This document shows, in pieces, positions 1 through 10,793 of a stretch of DNA of 64,000 nucleotides. The position numbers were made by a program, and so were the translations under genes. Position 1 is the stretch's first letter. Each line of letters begins with the position of its first letter. Origin of the DNA: Opitutia bacterium (GTDB lineage Bacteria > Verrucomicrobiota > Verrucomicrobiia > Opitutales > Opitutaceae); assembly GCA_947453695.1 (NCBI GenBank), contig CANGHW010000005.1, positions 43,091 to 107,090 on the forward strand, in the 5' to 3' direction. Under the pieces are notes generated by a model. It was not told where the DNA came from, did not search any database, and worked only from the letters and a program-made list of their open reading frames with translations.

Positions 1-514
1 GCAGGTTGTCCCAGGCCCAGGCTTCGAGGGTGGATTCACGCGGGGTTTTGAGTCGGACCGTGCCGGCAGTGATCCCGGGTCGCGTGGGCGAGGCGGGCAG
101 GGCGGCGATGGCGGGGGTGCGGGTGTTGACGACGAAGGTGCGGGTAACCGGCGGAGCGCCGGGGGGGACTTGCACGCGCTCAAGGAAGAGCCGGCGGAGT
201 TCGGCTTTCACGGTGACATCGGCGCCGGCGGGAAAGGTGACGGTGACGCGGTAGTTGCCCTCGGCCGGCAGGGCCGCGGAGAAGTAAAACGGTTTCTCTG
301 AAGTGAGGCCCTCGGCGGTGGCGGTGAGCGAGGCACCGGGCTCGAAGCCGTAACCGCGGTCCGGCGTGAAGGTGGTGTCGGCGGCGACGGCGATGGCACC
401 GGCGGTCGTGGAAGACGCGGAGGTGAAGGAAAACTTCAGCGGCGTGGCCGGCGCAGCGACGAGCGGGGAGAGCAGGGCGCAAGTGAGCGCGAGCAAAGGG
501 AAGCGGGGTGGCAT
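1..514 (-). CDS. Secreted protein, N-terminal part only (gene continues past the left edge)
   Basis: Hand translation of the minus strand from the ATG at 514..512 gives MPPRFPLLALTCALLSPLVAAPATPLKFSF..GYGFEPG..PAEGNYRVTVTFPAGADVTVKAELRRLFLE.. with no stop before position 1. It is absent from the ORF track because it is open-ended. It has a signal peptide followed by a beta-rich domain. That domain resembles the accessory domain found in front of some SGNH/CE12 esterases, but the catalytic part lies outside the window. Confidence 0.55.
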   Translation of the reverse strand, partial: MPPRFPLLALTCALLSPLVAAPATPLKFSFTSASSTTAGAIAVAADTTFTPDRGYGFEPGASLTATAEGLTSEKPFYFSAALPAEGNYRVTVTFPAGADVTVKAELRRLFLERVQVPPGAPPVTRTFVVNTRTPAIAALPASPTRPGITAGTVRLKTPRESTLEAWAWDNL

Positions 515-625
515 GGGTGTGAGGCAGTCGTGGCGCAGGCGGCGAGGGGCGGACAGAAAAAAGGCGCCGGTCAGTCCGACCGACGCTGCGCGAAAAGCCG
601 GGAGAGCACGCTCAGGCTGAGCGTG

Positions 626-3600
626 CTACAGATCGAAGGTTGCCTGTAAAATAAACTGTCGCGGGTCGACGATTCGGAAGCTGTGCGGTGTGCCGTCGGG
701 AAAGGCGCCGATGGGTTGTAGTCGGCCGTTTTCCTGGAGATTGCGGACGTTGAGCTGCAGCTCGGCGCCGACTTTGTTGGCCCAGAGCTTGGTGCGGTAT
801 TTCACGAAGGCGTCGAAGTAGAGGTGCTGCTGGTCGTAGATGGGGCGATTGGGATCGAGTTCGGTGATGACGGCGGGGAGAGACTGTTTGCCGTAGTAGC
901 CGATGGCGCCCTTGTCTTCCCAGCGGACGGCGCCGCCGACGGTGAAGCGTTTGAGGAGCGCGTGGTCGGTGACGCCGGCGAGCTGGTAGCTCGTGCTGGC
1001 CTTGGCGGCGTAGCGGCGGATCTGCGGGCTGCTCTTGCCCTCCTGGGCCTTGACGACGCTGTAGGGCGTCTCGACGAACGACGCGTAATTTTGGGCGGCG
1101 GTCTGGGAGCCGCCGTAGTTTTTCGTCCACCAAAGCTGGCCGTCGCGCTGGTCGCGGATGGTCGTCCACACGGGCATGCGTTGGGCGATCCATTGGGCAA
1201 TATCATTGGAGACGTTGTTGTTGATCGACTGGGTGTCCGTCGCGGAGGCGGCGACGGTCCAGTGGCGGGTGGGGTTGAAGTTGAGTTCGATCTCGGTGCC
1301 CTTGGCGGTGATGTCCTGAGTGGAGGAGATGGTGCCGGCGTTGAAAGCCTGGACGATGGAGTTTTGGAGATCGGTGCTGACGCCGATCTGGCGGGCGACC
1401 TCGGTCTGAACCTGCGCGGCAGTGAACGTGGGATTGGCGGCCTGCACCCATTGCGTGGCTTGGGTGGTGAGGAGGAAGGCTGCGGTGGAAGTGAGGTCGA
1501 TGCGGGTGACGCGCTGGGCGATCGTGCCGGCGTCGCCGCCGCTCTTGTTTTTCTGAGTGGTCTCGTAGCGATTGACGCGGAGGACCATGCGGCCGTCGAA
1601 GAGATTGAGGGCGAAACCGTATTCCTTGCCCTGACCGGCGGGGTTGGGGAGCGGCTGGAGGAAGAGGTTAATGCGCGGGTCCTGAGGCGTGAAACTGTCG
1701 GACTTGTTGTAGAGGAGGGAGAGGCCGTGAAGGGCGCCGGCGAGGAAGTGGCCCGCGGGGCCGGAGTCGTCGAGGTTCTTGAGAAATGAGAATCCGCGAA
1801 GCGGGCGGACGACGGCGCCGGCCTGCTTGGTCTTGCCGGAGTTGAACTTGTAGTCGCCAGCGGCCCAGTGGTTGATCGAGTCGTAGTTGAACGTGGTGCC
1901 GTCGGCGTTGAGGAGCTGGGGCGTGGCGCCGGCCTTTTGGTATTGGAGATCCTCGCGGAGACCGAAGGTGGTGACGACGCGACTCTGGAGGAGGTGGCTT
2001 TGGATGACGCCGCCGAGGGTTTTTAGGATGGTCTTGGAGTTGCTGCCCCCGCCGGTCGAATCAGTGACGGCGGCGAGACCAACGACGGACGGCTCGCGGT
2101 TAAATGTGCCGGTGCCCGTGGGCAGGCCGCCGGCGAGGGTGTAGTTGCCCCAGACGAACGGGTAGGTGCCGGGTTGGAGATCGCCGGGAGCGTAGTCGAC
2201 ATTGTTGCCCTTGTTGTCGCCGACATAGTAGCGGAGGTAGCTGCGGGTGATGGCGAGAGCCGCGGCGGGACCGCCGGAGATGGCGCCCTGATTGGCGCGC
2301 GACTGGCCGGCGGGAATCCAGGAGTGATTATCGAGAATCGCTTCGCGGAAGGAGTAGCGCCGGTTGATGCGGTATTTGTATTCGTCGTAGAGGGAGATCT
2401 GGTGGAGGCCGAGCCACCGGAGGGCGCTCTTCTCGCCGGTGAAATCGAGCTTGTAGGCGAGCTGGGCGCGGATCGTGTCCCACTTGGCGGGCTGGTAGGT
2501 GGTGCGGGGCTGGTCCTGGCCGATGTAGGGGCGGAGGAAGTAGGGGTTGGCCGAGCCATCGAGCATCTTCTCGTTTACATCGATCATGAGCTGGCCGGAC
2601 TGGCCGTTGTCGTTGGCGATGCCGATGTAGTTGCGTTGGTAGCGAAGGGAGTCCTCGCGGAGGAAACCGGCCTGCAAGGCGAGGGTATGACGCGGGGTGT
2701 TGAAGAAGAAATGGTCGAGCTGAACGCTGGAGGTGAGGTTGCGATCCCAGAAGCGATTGACCGCGGCGAGATTCACGTCAGTCCAGTCGTAGATCGACTT
2801 GTCGCGGATCGTCGGAGTGGTGGTGAAGAGCGGCTGGGCGGTGAAGCGACCGAGGCTGACCCCGGAGGCGGAGCTAGGGGCCATGAGACGGACGCTCTGG
2901 GCGCCGGAGATCGGGCCGGTCGCGAGATTGCCGAAGGTGGTGGGGGCGCCGAAGTAGCCGATGCCGTTGGTGTCGATGTAGAGGAAGCTGTGGTTATTGC
3001 CGGTGAATGTGTTGTTGAAATAGTCCGGTAATCCGGTGGCCGAGGTAAACGGTCCGAGCGTCTGGCCGTTGACGTGCACGACCTGCGCGATCGGATCCCA
3101 CGTCGGGCGGCCGCTCTGGGCCCAGTAGGAAATGGAGTCGCGCGGCGGCGTGGCGTTGGGGCGATTGCCGTAGGTGTGGTAGTAGGAGGCCGACGCGGAG
3201 AGCGTGGTGTCCTTGAACGGCTTGTATTTGATCATGCCGTTGTAGCGCTCGGTATCGACGCCGGAAGGCTTGCGGACGAAGCCCTCATGCTGGAAGGCGG
3301 CGCTGCCACGCAGGGCGAGCCTGCCCTTCTGGAGGACGCGGTTGACGTCGAGGCTCGTGCGGTAGCCGTCGTAACTGTCTGCACGGAACTGCACCTGCGA
3401 ACGGTCGCGCGTGAGATTGGCGGAGGCGGCGACCATGTTGACGGTGCCGGAGGGGTTGCCGAGGCCGAAGACGTTGGCATTGGGGCCGCGGCTGATCTCG
3501 AGGCCGTCGAGGCCGAGGGGATCGACGGGGGTGCGGCCCATGGTCTCGAAATTGCCGAGGGAAATATTGGCGGAGTTGAGGCCGCGCACGCGGTTGGCCT

Positions 3601-4123
3601 GAGCGGGGTTGAGCTGCACGTTGTCAGAGACGCTCCCGTTGCGGTCGACGGTGAAGTCGGTGAAGGTGCCGGTGCCCTCGGTGCTCGCGGAATAGAGGAA
3701 GACGTCGTTGATATCGAGCATCGCGAAGTCCTGCATCTGCTCCTTCGTGACGACGGTGATGGAGGCGGCGAGGTCCTCGAGCTTCGAATTGAAGCGCGTG
3801 CCGGACATCGTGTTGGCGCCATAGTAGCCCTTGTTGTCGGAGATGACTTCGAACGGGGACAGGGCGACCACCTCGTCGGCGGGTTTCGCGGGATCGGGCG
3901 CACCGGGTGCAGTGATGGAAGCGGATTTTTTCAGGTCGGCATCGAGGGCGGCCTGTTCGTCGGGATCGAGGCGGCCGTTTTTGTTTTTGTCGTATTTCGC
4001 CAACGTGGCGGCGGCGTCGGCGGGCGTGGGGGCGACTTGAGCAAAGGCGGTGACGGCGAACAGGCAGGCCGGCGACACGACGAGCCGGCGGAGGGCGGGA
4101 CGGAAGGGGCGGGGCGTGGTCAT
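626..4123 (-). CDS. TonB-dependent outer-membrane receptor with an N-terminal extension carrying an EF-hand-like loop
   Basis: This is ORF 626..4249 trimmed to the internal ATG at 4123 (MTTPRPFRPALRRLVVSPACLFAVTAFAQ, a signal peptide). It has a plug-like segment (SPFEVISDNKGYYGANTMSGTRFNSKLEDLAASITVVTKEQMQD), a long beta-barrel-type sequence rich in G/Y/N/T, and a C-terminal aromatic-containing end. Confidence 0.85.
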   Translation of the reverse strand: MTTPRPFRPALRRLVVSPACLFAVTAFAQVAPTPADAAATLAKYDKNKNGRLDPDEQAALDADLKKSASITAPGAPDPAKPADEVVALSPFEVISDNKGYYGANTMSGTRFNSKLEDLAASITVVTKEQMQDFAMLDINDVFLYSASTEGTGTFTDFTVDRNGSVSDNVQLNPAQANRVRGLNSANISLGNFETMGRTPVDPLGLDGLEISRGPNANVFGLGNPSGTVNMVAASANLTRDRSQVQFRADSYDGYRTSLDVNRVLQKGRLALRGSAAFQHEGFVRKPSGVDTERYNGMIKYKPFKDTTLSASASYYHTYGNRPNATPPRDSISYWAQSGRPTWDPIAQVVHVNGQTLGPFTSATGLPDYFNNTFTGNNHSFLYIDTNGIGYFGAPTTFGNLATGPISGAQSVRLMAPSSASGVSLGRFTAQPLFTTTPTIRDKSIYDWTDVNLAAVNRFWDRNLTSSVQLDHFFFNTPRHTLALQAGFLREDSLRYQRNYIGIANDNGQSGQLMIDVNEKMLDGSANPYFLRPYIGQDQPRTTYQPAKWDTIRAQLAYKLDFTGEKSALRWLGLHQISLYDEYKYRINRRYSFREAILDNHSWIPAGQSRANQGAISGGPAAALAITRSYLRYYVGDNKGNNVDYAPGDLQPGTYPFVWGNYTLAGGLPTGTGTFNREPSVVGLAAVTDSTGGGSNSKTILKTLGGVIQSHLLQSRVVTTFGLREDLQYQKAGATPQLLNADGTTFNYDSINHWAAGDYKFNSGKTKQAGAVVRPLRGFSFLKNLDDSGPAGHFLAGALHGLSLLYNKSDSFTPQDPRINLFLQPLPNPAGQGKEYGFALNLFDGRMVLRVNRYETTQKNKSGGDAGTIAQRVTRIDLTSTAAFLLTTQATQWVQAANPTFTAAQVQTEVARQIGVSTDLQNSIVQAFNAGTISSTQDITAKGTEIELNFNPTRHWTVAASATDTQSINNNVSNDIAQWIAQRMPVWTTIRDQRDGQLWWTKNYGGSQTAAQNYASFVETPYSVVKAQEGKSSPQIRRYAAKASTSYQLAGVTDHALLKRFTVGGAVRWEDKGAIGYYGKQSLPAVITELDPNRPIYDQQHLYFDAFVKYRTKLWANKVGAELQLNVRNLQENGRLQPIGAFPDGTPHSFRIVDPRQFILQATFDL

Positions 4124-4349
4124 GGACGGGAAACAGAAAGGGATGCGCGACGGGAAACGCGGGACGCCGGGAGGATAAGGGGGCAAACGAACGGCGGGGA
4201 AGGCCGGGGACGCGTGTCTGAATGGAGCCGAGGGGTGGCTCAACGCCAAAAAAACGCCGCCGAAAATTCGGCGGCGCGAGAAAGGGAGCCAGGCTCGGAG
4301 GTGATTCGGGCCGCACCGTAACCGGTGCGGCCACGAGCGCGCGGCGTGG

Positions 4350-6293
4350 TCAGGAGGTGGCGGGCGGCGTGGCGGGCTTCTCGATTTTCTTTTTGTCGGG
4401 AAGTGCGCGGGTGGCGACCTCGGCTTTGAGTTTTGCGAGGTAGGCGTCGAGGGTCATCGTGCCTTCGTCGCCGCGGGCGCGACTGCGGACGGACACGCTC
4501 TGCGTCTCGGCTTCCTTGTAGCCGAAGACGAGCGTGTAGGGGACCTTGTCGAGTTCGGCGCGACGGATCTTGCCGCCGAGTTTATCGGTGTGCTCGTCGA
4601 TGGTGGCGCGGATGCCCTCGGCCTTGAGGCGGGTGAGGAAACTGCGCGCGTAGTCGTTGAGCTTGTCGCTGATCGGCACGAGGCGGACCTGCTCGGGCGC
4701 GAGCCACGCGGGGAAGTCGCCGCCGAAGTGCTCGATGAGCACGCCGCAGAAACGCTCCATCGAGCCGAAGGGCGCGCGGTGGATCATCACCGGCGTATGC
4801 TTCTCATTGTCGGCGCCGATGTAGGTGAGACCAAAACGCACCGGGAGGACGTAGTCGACCTGCACGGTGCCGAGCTGCCACTCGCGGCCGATGACGTCTT
4901 TGATGACGAAGTCGATCTTCGGGCCGTAGAACGCGGCTTCGCCGGGCTCTTCGCTGAAGGGCACGCCGAGGGTTTTGGCGGCTTCGCGGCAGGCGGCTTC
5001 GGCGAGATCCCACTTCTCGGGATCGCCGGCGAACTTCTTACCGTCCGGATCGCGGAGACCGACGCGCACGCGGTAGTCCTGCATGCCGAGGGTGGTGAGG
5101 ACGATCTTCACGAGCGAGAGACAGCCTAGGACTTCCTGCGCAACTTGATCGGGCGTGCAGAACAAGTGGGCGTCGTCCTGGGTGAAGCCGCGGACGCGGG
5201 TCATGCCGTTGAGCTCGCCGGACTGCTCCCAGCGGTAGACGGTGCCGAACTCGGCGAGGCGCACGGGCAGATCGCGGTAGCTGTGCGGCTGCGAGGCGAA
5301 GATCTTGATGTGATGCGGGCAGTTCATCGGCTTCAGCATGAAACCGTTGAGGAGCTTGTCGTCGGGCATCACGCGGTCGGGCGGGATGGTTTCCTTGCCG
5401 GTGCGGGCGTTGACCGTCGCGGCGAGCTGGCCGGAGACGGCGTCGAGGCGCGCATAGGCCTCGGCGCACGAGCAGCCTTCACCGAGGGCCTTGGCGAGCG
5501 ACTCGTTTTCGAAGACAGGCGAGAACTGCGAGTCCTTGTAGTAAGGGAAGTGGCCGGAGGTTTTGTAGAGCTCGAGCTTGCCGATGTGCGGCGTGAAGAC
5601 CTGCGAGTAGCCCTGTTTGCGGAGCTCACCGCCGATGAAGTCCTGCAACTCCTGGCGAATGATGGAGCCGTTGGGCGTCCAAAGGATGAGGCCCTGACCG
5701 ACGTCTTCGTCGATGTGGAAGAGTTTCAGTTCGCGGCCGAGCTTGCGGTGATCGCGGGCCTTGGCCTGCTCTTGGCGCTCGAGGTGTTGGGCGAGTTCTT
5801 CCTTGGTGGGAAACGCGGTGCCGTAGATGCGCTGGAGCTGCTTGTTCTTCTCGTCGCCCCGGTGATACGCGCCGGCGATGGAGAGGAGCTTAAATGCTTT
5901 CAGCTTCGAGGAGTAACGCACGTGCGTGCCGGCGCAGAGGTCCATGAACTCGCCGTTTTGGTAGAAGGAAATTTTTTCGCCCTCGGGGATGTCGGCGAGA
6001 CGGCCCAGCTTGTAACGCTCCTGGCCACGTGACTTGATGATCTCGATCGCTTCCTCGCGGGAGACTTCCTTGCGGTCGAAGCGCTGGTTTTCATCGGCGA
6101 TCTTCTTCATCTCGGCCTCGAGTTTCACGAGGTCGTCGGCGGTGAGTTTGTGGTCGAGGTCGATGTCGTAGTAGAAGCCGGTGTCCGTCGGGGGACCGAT
6201 GTCGAGCTTGGCATCGGGGAAGATGCGGAGGACGGCGGTCGCGAGGATGTGCGAGGCCGAGTGACGGAGTTCTTCGAGGGGAGACATGCTCAT
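4350..6293 (-). CDS. thrS: Threonine--tRNA ligase
   Basis: The 647-aa ORF has the editing-domain motif HSASHILATAV, and the class II motifs KPMNCPHH, RVRGFTQDDAHLFC and FYGPKIDF. The C-terminal anticodon-binding region includes WLAPEQVRLVPI. Confidence 0.95.
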   Translation of the reverse strand: MSMSPLEELRHSASHILATAVLRIFPDAKLDIGPPTDTGFYYDIDLDHKLTADDLVKLEAEMKKIADENQRFDRKEVSREEAIEIIKSRGQERYKLGRLADIPEGEKISFYQNGEFMDLCAGTHVRYSSKLKAFKLLSIAGAYHRGDEKNKQLQRIYGTAFPTKEELAQHLERQEQAKARDHRKLGRELKLFHIDEDVGQGLILWTPNGSIIRQELQDFIGGELRKQGYSQVFTPHIGKLELYKTSGHFPYYKDSQFSPVFENESLAKALGEGCSCAEAYARLDAVSGQLAATVNARTGKETIPPDRVMPDDKLLNGFMLKPMNCPHHIKIFASQPHSYRDLPVRLAEFGTVYRWEQSGELNGMTRVRGFTQDDAHLFCTPDQVAQEVLGCLSLVKIVLTTLGMQDYRVRVGLRDPDGKKFAGDPEKWDLAEAACREAAKTLGVPFSEEPGEAAFYGPKIDFVIKDVIGREWQLGTVQVDYVLPVRFGLTYIGADNEKHTPVMIHRAPFGSMERFCGVLIEHFGGDFPAWLAPEQVRLVPISDKLNDYARSFLTRLKAEGIRATIDEHTDKLGGKIRRAELDKVPYTLVFGYKEAETQSVSVRSRARGDEGTMTLDAYLAKLKAEVATRALPDKKKIEKPATPPATS

Positions 6294-6339
6294 GTGAATT
6301 TAAGATTTTCGATTGGGTATTTCCGATTACCGAGGGAGC

Positions 6340-7710
<1,371 letters not shown>

Positions 7711-8078
7711 GAAAAGGAAAATTAGAGGGAGAACGCTGCCAGAAATTCCGCCGCAGCGGAACGAAGTTTTTGCTAGCGGCACCCAGGGTGCCGGCGGTTG
7801 CGGGCATTACGCCGATCAGCAACCGCAGCCGGTCGTTCGCGTCGTCTCGGGGAGACGCGTCGGGAGGCAAAAACAGGTGGCGGAGCAGGACATGGTTGAC
7901 CTCTGAAGACATACACGTGCGGGAGTGGTTCAAGCTCGATTTCCGACAGGACCGCGGAGCCACGGAGACGGGAGCGGATGGCGGGCTAGGCGCAAAAAAC
8001 GGGCGGGGTTGAGCAAGCGATGCGGGCAGTTTCGAGTCGCGGGGCAGGGAGGCCCGTGTTTGGGTGCGGACCTCCCTT

Positions 8079-9092
8079 ATGGCCGACTCGTCTTCCTTCG
8101 AACTGACCCATCGTCCGCGGCGGTTGCGCCGCACCGCTAGCCTGCGCGCCATGGTCGAGGAGACGGTGCTGCGCCCGGCGGACTTTATCGCGCCGCTCTT
8201 CGTGGTGGACGGGAAGCCGGCGCCCGAGGAGATCGGGTCGATGCCGGGGGTGTTTCGCCTGAACATCGCCGACCTCGTCAAAGAGTGTCGCGCGCTCGCG
8301 AAACTCGGGGTGCCGGCGGTGGCGCTGTTTCCCAAACTCGATCCCAGTCTCAAGGACGATGAAGGCACGCAGGCGCTGAATCCCGACACGCTTGTGCTGC
8401 GCGCCGTGCGGGCGGTGAAGAAAGCAGTGCCGGGCCTGACGGTCATCACCGATGTCGCGCTCGATCCCTACACGAGCCACGGGCACGACGGTGTCTTGAC
8501 GGCTGCGCGCGATGATGTGGCCAACGACCGCACGGTGGCGATTTTGGCGAAGATGGCCGTGCTGCAGGCGCAGGCGGGCGTCGATCTGGTGGCGCCGAGT
8601 GACATGATGGACGGCCGCGTGGGCGCAATTCGCAAGGCCCTCGATGCCGCGGGCTACACGGGCGTGGGCATCATGGCGTATTCGGTGAAGTTCAACTCGG
8701 CCTACTATGGGCCGTTCCGCGACGCGGTGGGCAGTGCGAAGGCGGCGGGCACGAATCTATTGAGCAAGGCGACCTATCAGATGAATCCGGCGAATCGCCG
8801 CGAGGCGTTGGTCGAAGCGGCGCTCGATGTGGGCGAGGGCGCGGACATTATTATGGTGAAGCCGGCCGGGGCGTATCTCGACATCATCCGCGAAGTGCGC
8901 AACGCTACGAAGAAACCGCTCGCGGCTTACCAAGTCTCCGGCGAATACGCGCAACTCCACGCGGCGGCGCGGTTGGGCTGGCTCGATCTCCCGCGCACGC
9001 GGCATGAGTCGCTGCTCGCGATCAAGCGTGCGGGGGCCGATATGATCCTGACGTATTTCGCGAAGGACATGGCGACGCTGCTGCAACGGTGA
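8079..9092 (+). CDS. hemB: Porphobilinogen synthase (delta-aminolevulinate dehydratase)
   Basis: The ORF track starts at GTG 8064, and the first ATG is at 8079 (MADSSSFELTHRPRRLRR). HemB blocks present are RPRRLRRT..LRPADFIAPLFV, MVKPAGAYLDII and YQVSGEYA. Confidence 0.95.
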   Translation: MADSSSFELTHRPRRLRRTASLRAMVEETVLRPADFIAPLFVVDGKPAPEEIGSMPGVFRLNIADLVKECRALAKLGVPAVALFPKLDPSLKDDEGTQALNPDTLVLRAVRAVKKAVPGLTVITDVALDPYTSHGHDGVLTAARDDVANDRTVAILAKMAVLQAQAGVDLVAPSDMMDGRVGAIRKALDAAGYTGVGIMAYSVKFNSAYYGPFRDAVGSAKAAGTNLLSKATYQMNPANRREALVEAALDVGEGADIIMVKPAGAYLDIIREVRNATKKPLAAYQVSGEYAQLHAAARLGWLDLPRTRHESLLAIKRAGADMILTYFAKDMATLLQR

Positions 9093-9147
9093 GCCCGCGG
9101 AGGGAGAGCAGAGTGCACCCAAAGTGCGGTAGGCTTGAGACGGCGCA

Positions 9148-9167
9148 CCGCGTCGTAAGCGACGCGG
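9148..9167. other. Perfect 8-bp stem / TAAG-loop hairpin between convergent hemB and mqo
   Basis: The sequence is CCGCGTCG-TAAG-CGACGCGG, preceded by A and followed by CTAC. A second copy with the same architecture lies at 44058..44077. There is no U-tract. Confidence 0.5.
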
Positions 9168-9200
9168 CTACGAAGGCTGCGCGTCGTGCGCGTGGAGAAA

Positions 9201-10712
9201 TCAGTGCGACGCGGAGGCAGCGGTAGCGTGTAGTTGCAGGCGCTCGTCGGCGGCGGCGGAGTGGCGGGCGTAGTCGGCCGCAGCGGCGGCTTGCGCGGGA
9301 TTGAAATCGAAGGTGGGGATCATCGCACGCAGGCAGGCTAAGCCGTCGGTCGCACGCAGCGTGGCCGGGAAACAGCGCTGGATAACTTCCAGAGCGATAT
9401 TCGTGGAAACAGAAGCGCCGGGCGAGGCGCCAAGGAGTGCGGCGAGGGAACCATCGGTGGCGATCACCACTTCCGTGCCGAAGAAGAGCCGGCCGGCGTC
9501 GGCCTTTTTCAACGCCTGCACGCGGATGCCGGCGTCGACGAGGCGCCAGTCAGCGGCGCGGGCTTCGGGATAGAAGACGCGGAGCGCGGCCAGACGAGCG
9601 TCCATGCTCTGCAGGGCCTGTTGCACGAGAAAGCGGACGAGGATGGGATTGTGCAGGCCGGTGTGGAGCAGGGTGGGGAGATTATCGGGACGGAGGGAGG
9701 TGAAGAGATCCGAGGCGCGTCCCGTGCGGTGGAGAAACTTGGTCGTGCCCGTGGCGAAAGGGCCGAAAAGCAGGACGCGTTTGCCGTCCATGTGACGGAT
9801 ATCAAGGTGCGGTCCACCGAGGGCGCCGGAGTCGGGCGGGGGCGGGCCGTAGGCCTTGGCGAAGTGGCGGGCGACGACGGCGGGATTCTCGCAGACGAGC
9901 CACTGGCCCGCGATGGGGAAGGCGCCGAGGCCGTGGGCAACGGGTAGGCCGGAAGCCTGCAGGAGGGGGAGCGTGCCGCCACCCGCCCCGACGAACACAA
10001 AGCGCGTGCGGACGGGGCGCGACTCACCTGATTCGGTGTGGCGCACGGTAAGATCCCAGCCTGCGGTGGAATGCCGCAGACCGGTGATGCGATGGCCGGT
10101 GAAGACCCGGCAGCCCTCTTGCCCGCCGAGCCAGGTGAGGAGCCGACGCGACAGCTCGCCGAAATTGACGTCGGTGCCGCCGGCGACTCGGGTGGCGGCG
10201 ATGGCTTCATGTGCGGCGCGGCCGTCGACGAGGAGCGGGGCCCAGTCGCGGAGGCGGCTTCGCTCCGCGGTGAACTCCATCGTGCGGAAAAACGGATGGG
10301 CGGCCAGGGCGGCATGGCGGGCGCGGAGAAAATCAATCGAGGCGGTGCCACGGACGAAGCTCAGGTGGGGAACCGCGCGAATCCACTCGGCGGGGCGCGG
10401 CGCGAGGTCGTGCGCGACGGCATAGCTCCAAAACTGGCGCGACTGCTCGAAGCGGGCGAAGATTTCGACGGCTTTGGAGACGTCAACGGGCGCGCCGGGG
10501 GTGGCCGGCGGCGGGGTGTAGTTGAGTTCGCAGAGACCGGCGTGGCCAGTGCCAGCATTGTTCCAGCCATCGGAGCTCTCGCGGGCGAGGTCCGGAGCGG
10601 CCTCGTAGACCTCGAGGCGGAGCTGCGGGTTGAGGCGCTTGAGCATCACACCGAGGTGCGCGGACATGATGCCGCCGCCGATGAGAACGATGTCGGGGGC
10701 GGAGAAGGGCAT
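9201..10712 (-). CDS. mqo: Malate:quinone oxidoreductase
   Basis: This is ORF 9201..10778 trimmed to the ATG at 10712 (MPFSAPDIVLIGGGIMSAHLG). It has an FAD fold motif plus ESSDGWNNAGTGHAGLCELNYTP, which is typical of Mqo. Confidence 0.92.
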   Translation of the reverse strand: MPFSAPDIVLIGGGIMSAHLGVMLKRLNPQLRLEVYEAAPDLARESSDGWNNAGTGHAGLCELNYTPPPATPGAPVDVSKAVEIFARFEQSRQFWSYAVAHDLAPRPAEWIRAVPHLSFVRGTASIDFLRARHAALAAHPFFRTMEFTAERSRLRDWAPLLVDGRAAHEAIAATRVAGGTDVNFGELSRRLLTWLGGQEGCRVFTGHRITGLRHSTAGWDLTVRHTESGESRPVRTRFVFVGAGGGTLPLLQASGLPVAHGLGAFPIAGQWLVCENPAVVARHFAKAYGPPPPDSGALGGPHLDIRHMDGKRVLLFGPFATGTTKFLHRTGRASDLFTSLRPDNLPTLLHTGLHNPILVRFLVQQALQSMDARLAALRVFYPEARAADWRLVDAGIRVQALKKADAGRLFFGTEVVIATDGSLAALLGASPGASVSTNIALEVIQRCFPATLRATDGLACLRAMIPTFDFNPAQAAAAADYARHSAAADERLQLHATAASASH

Positions 10713-10793
10713 GGCGACGCCGACAGGAATGCCCCGCCTGCAGTGCGTCAATCGCCCGGCGGCCGCGGCGTGCAGCATGACGCGCCCGGCGAG

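Noticed and set aside
8047-8076. GGGAGG...CCTCCC pairing just upstream of the hemB ATG as a translational regulator
   Set aside because: It is only a 6-bp outer stem with a poorly paired interior, and there is no second line of evidence.
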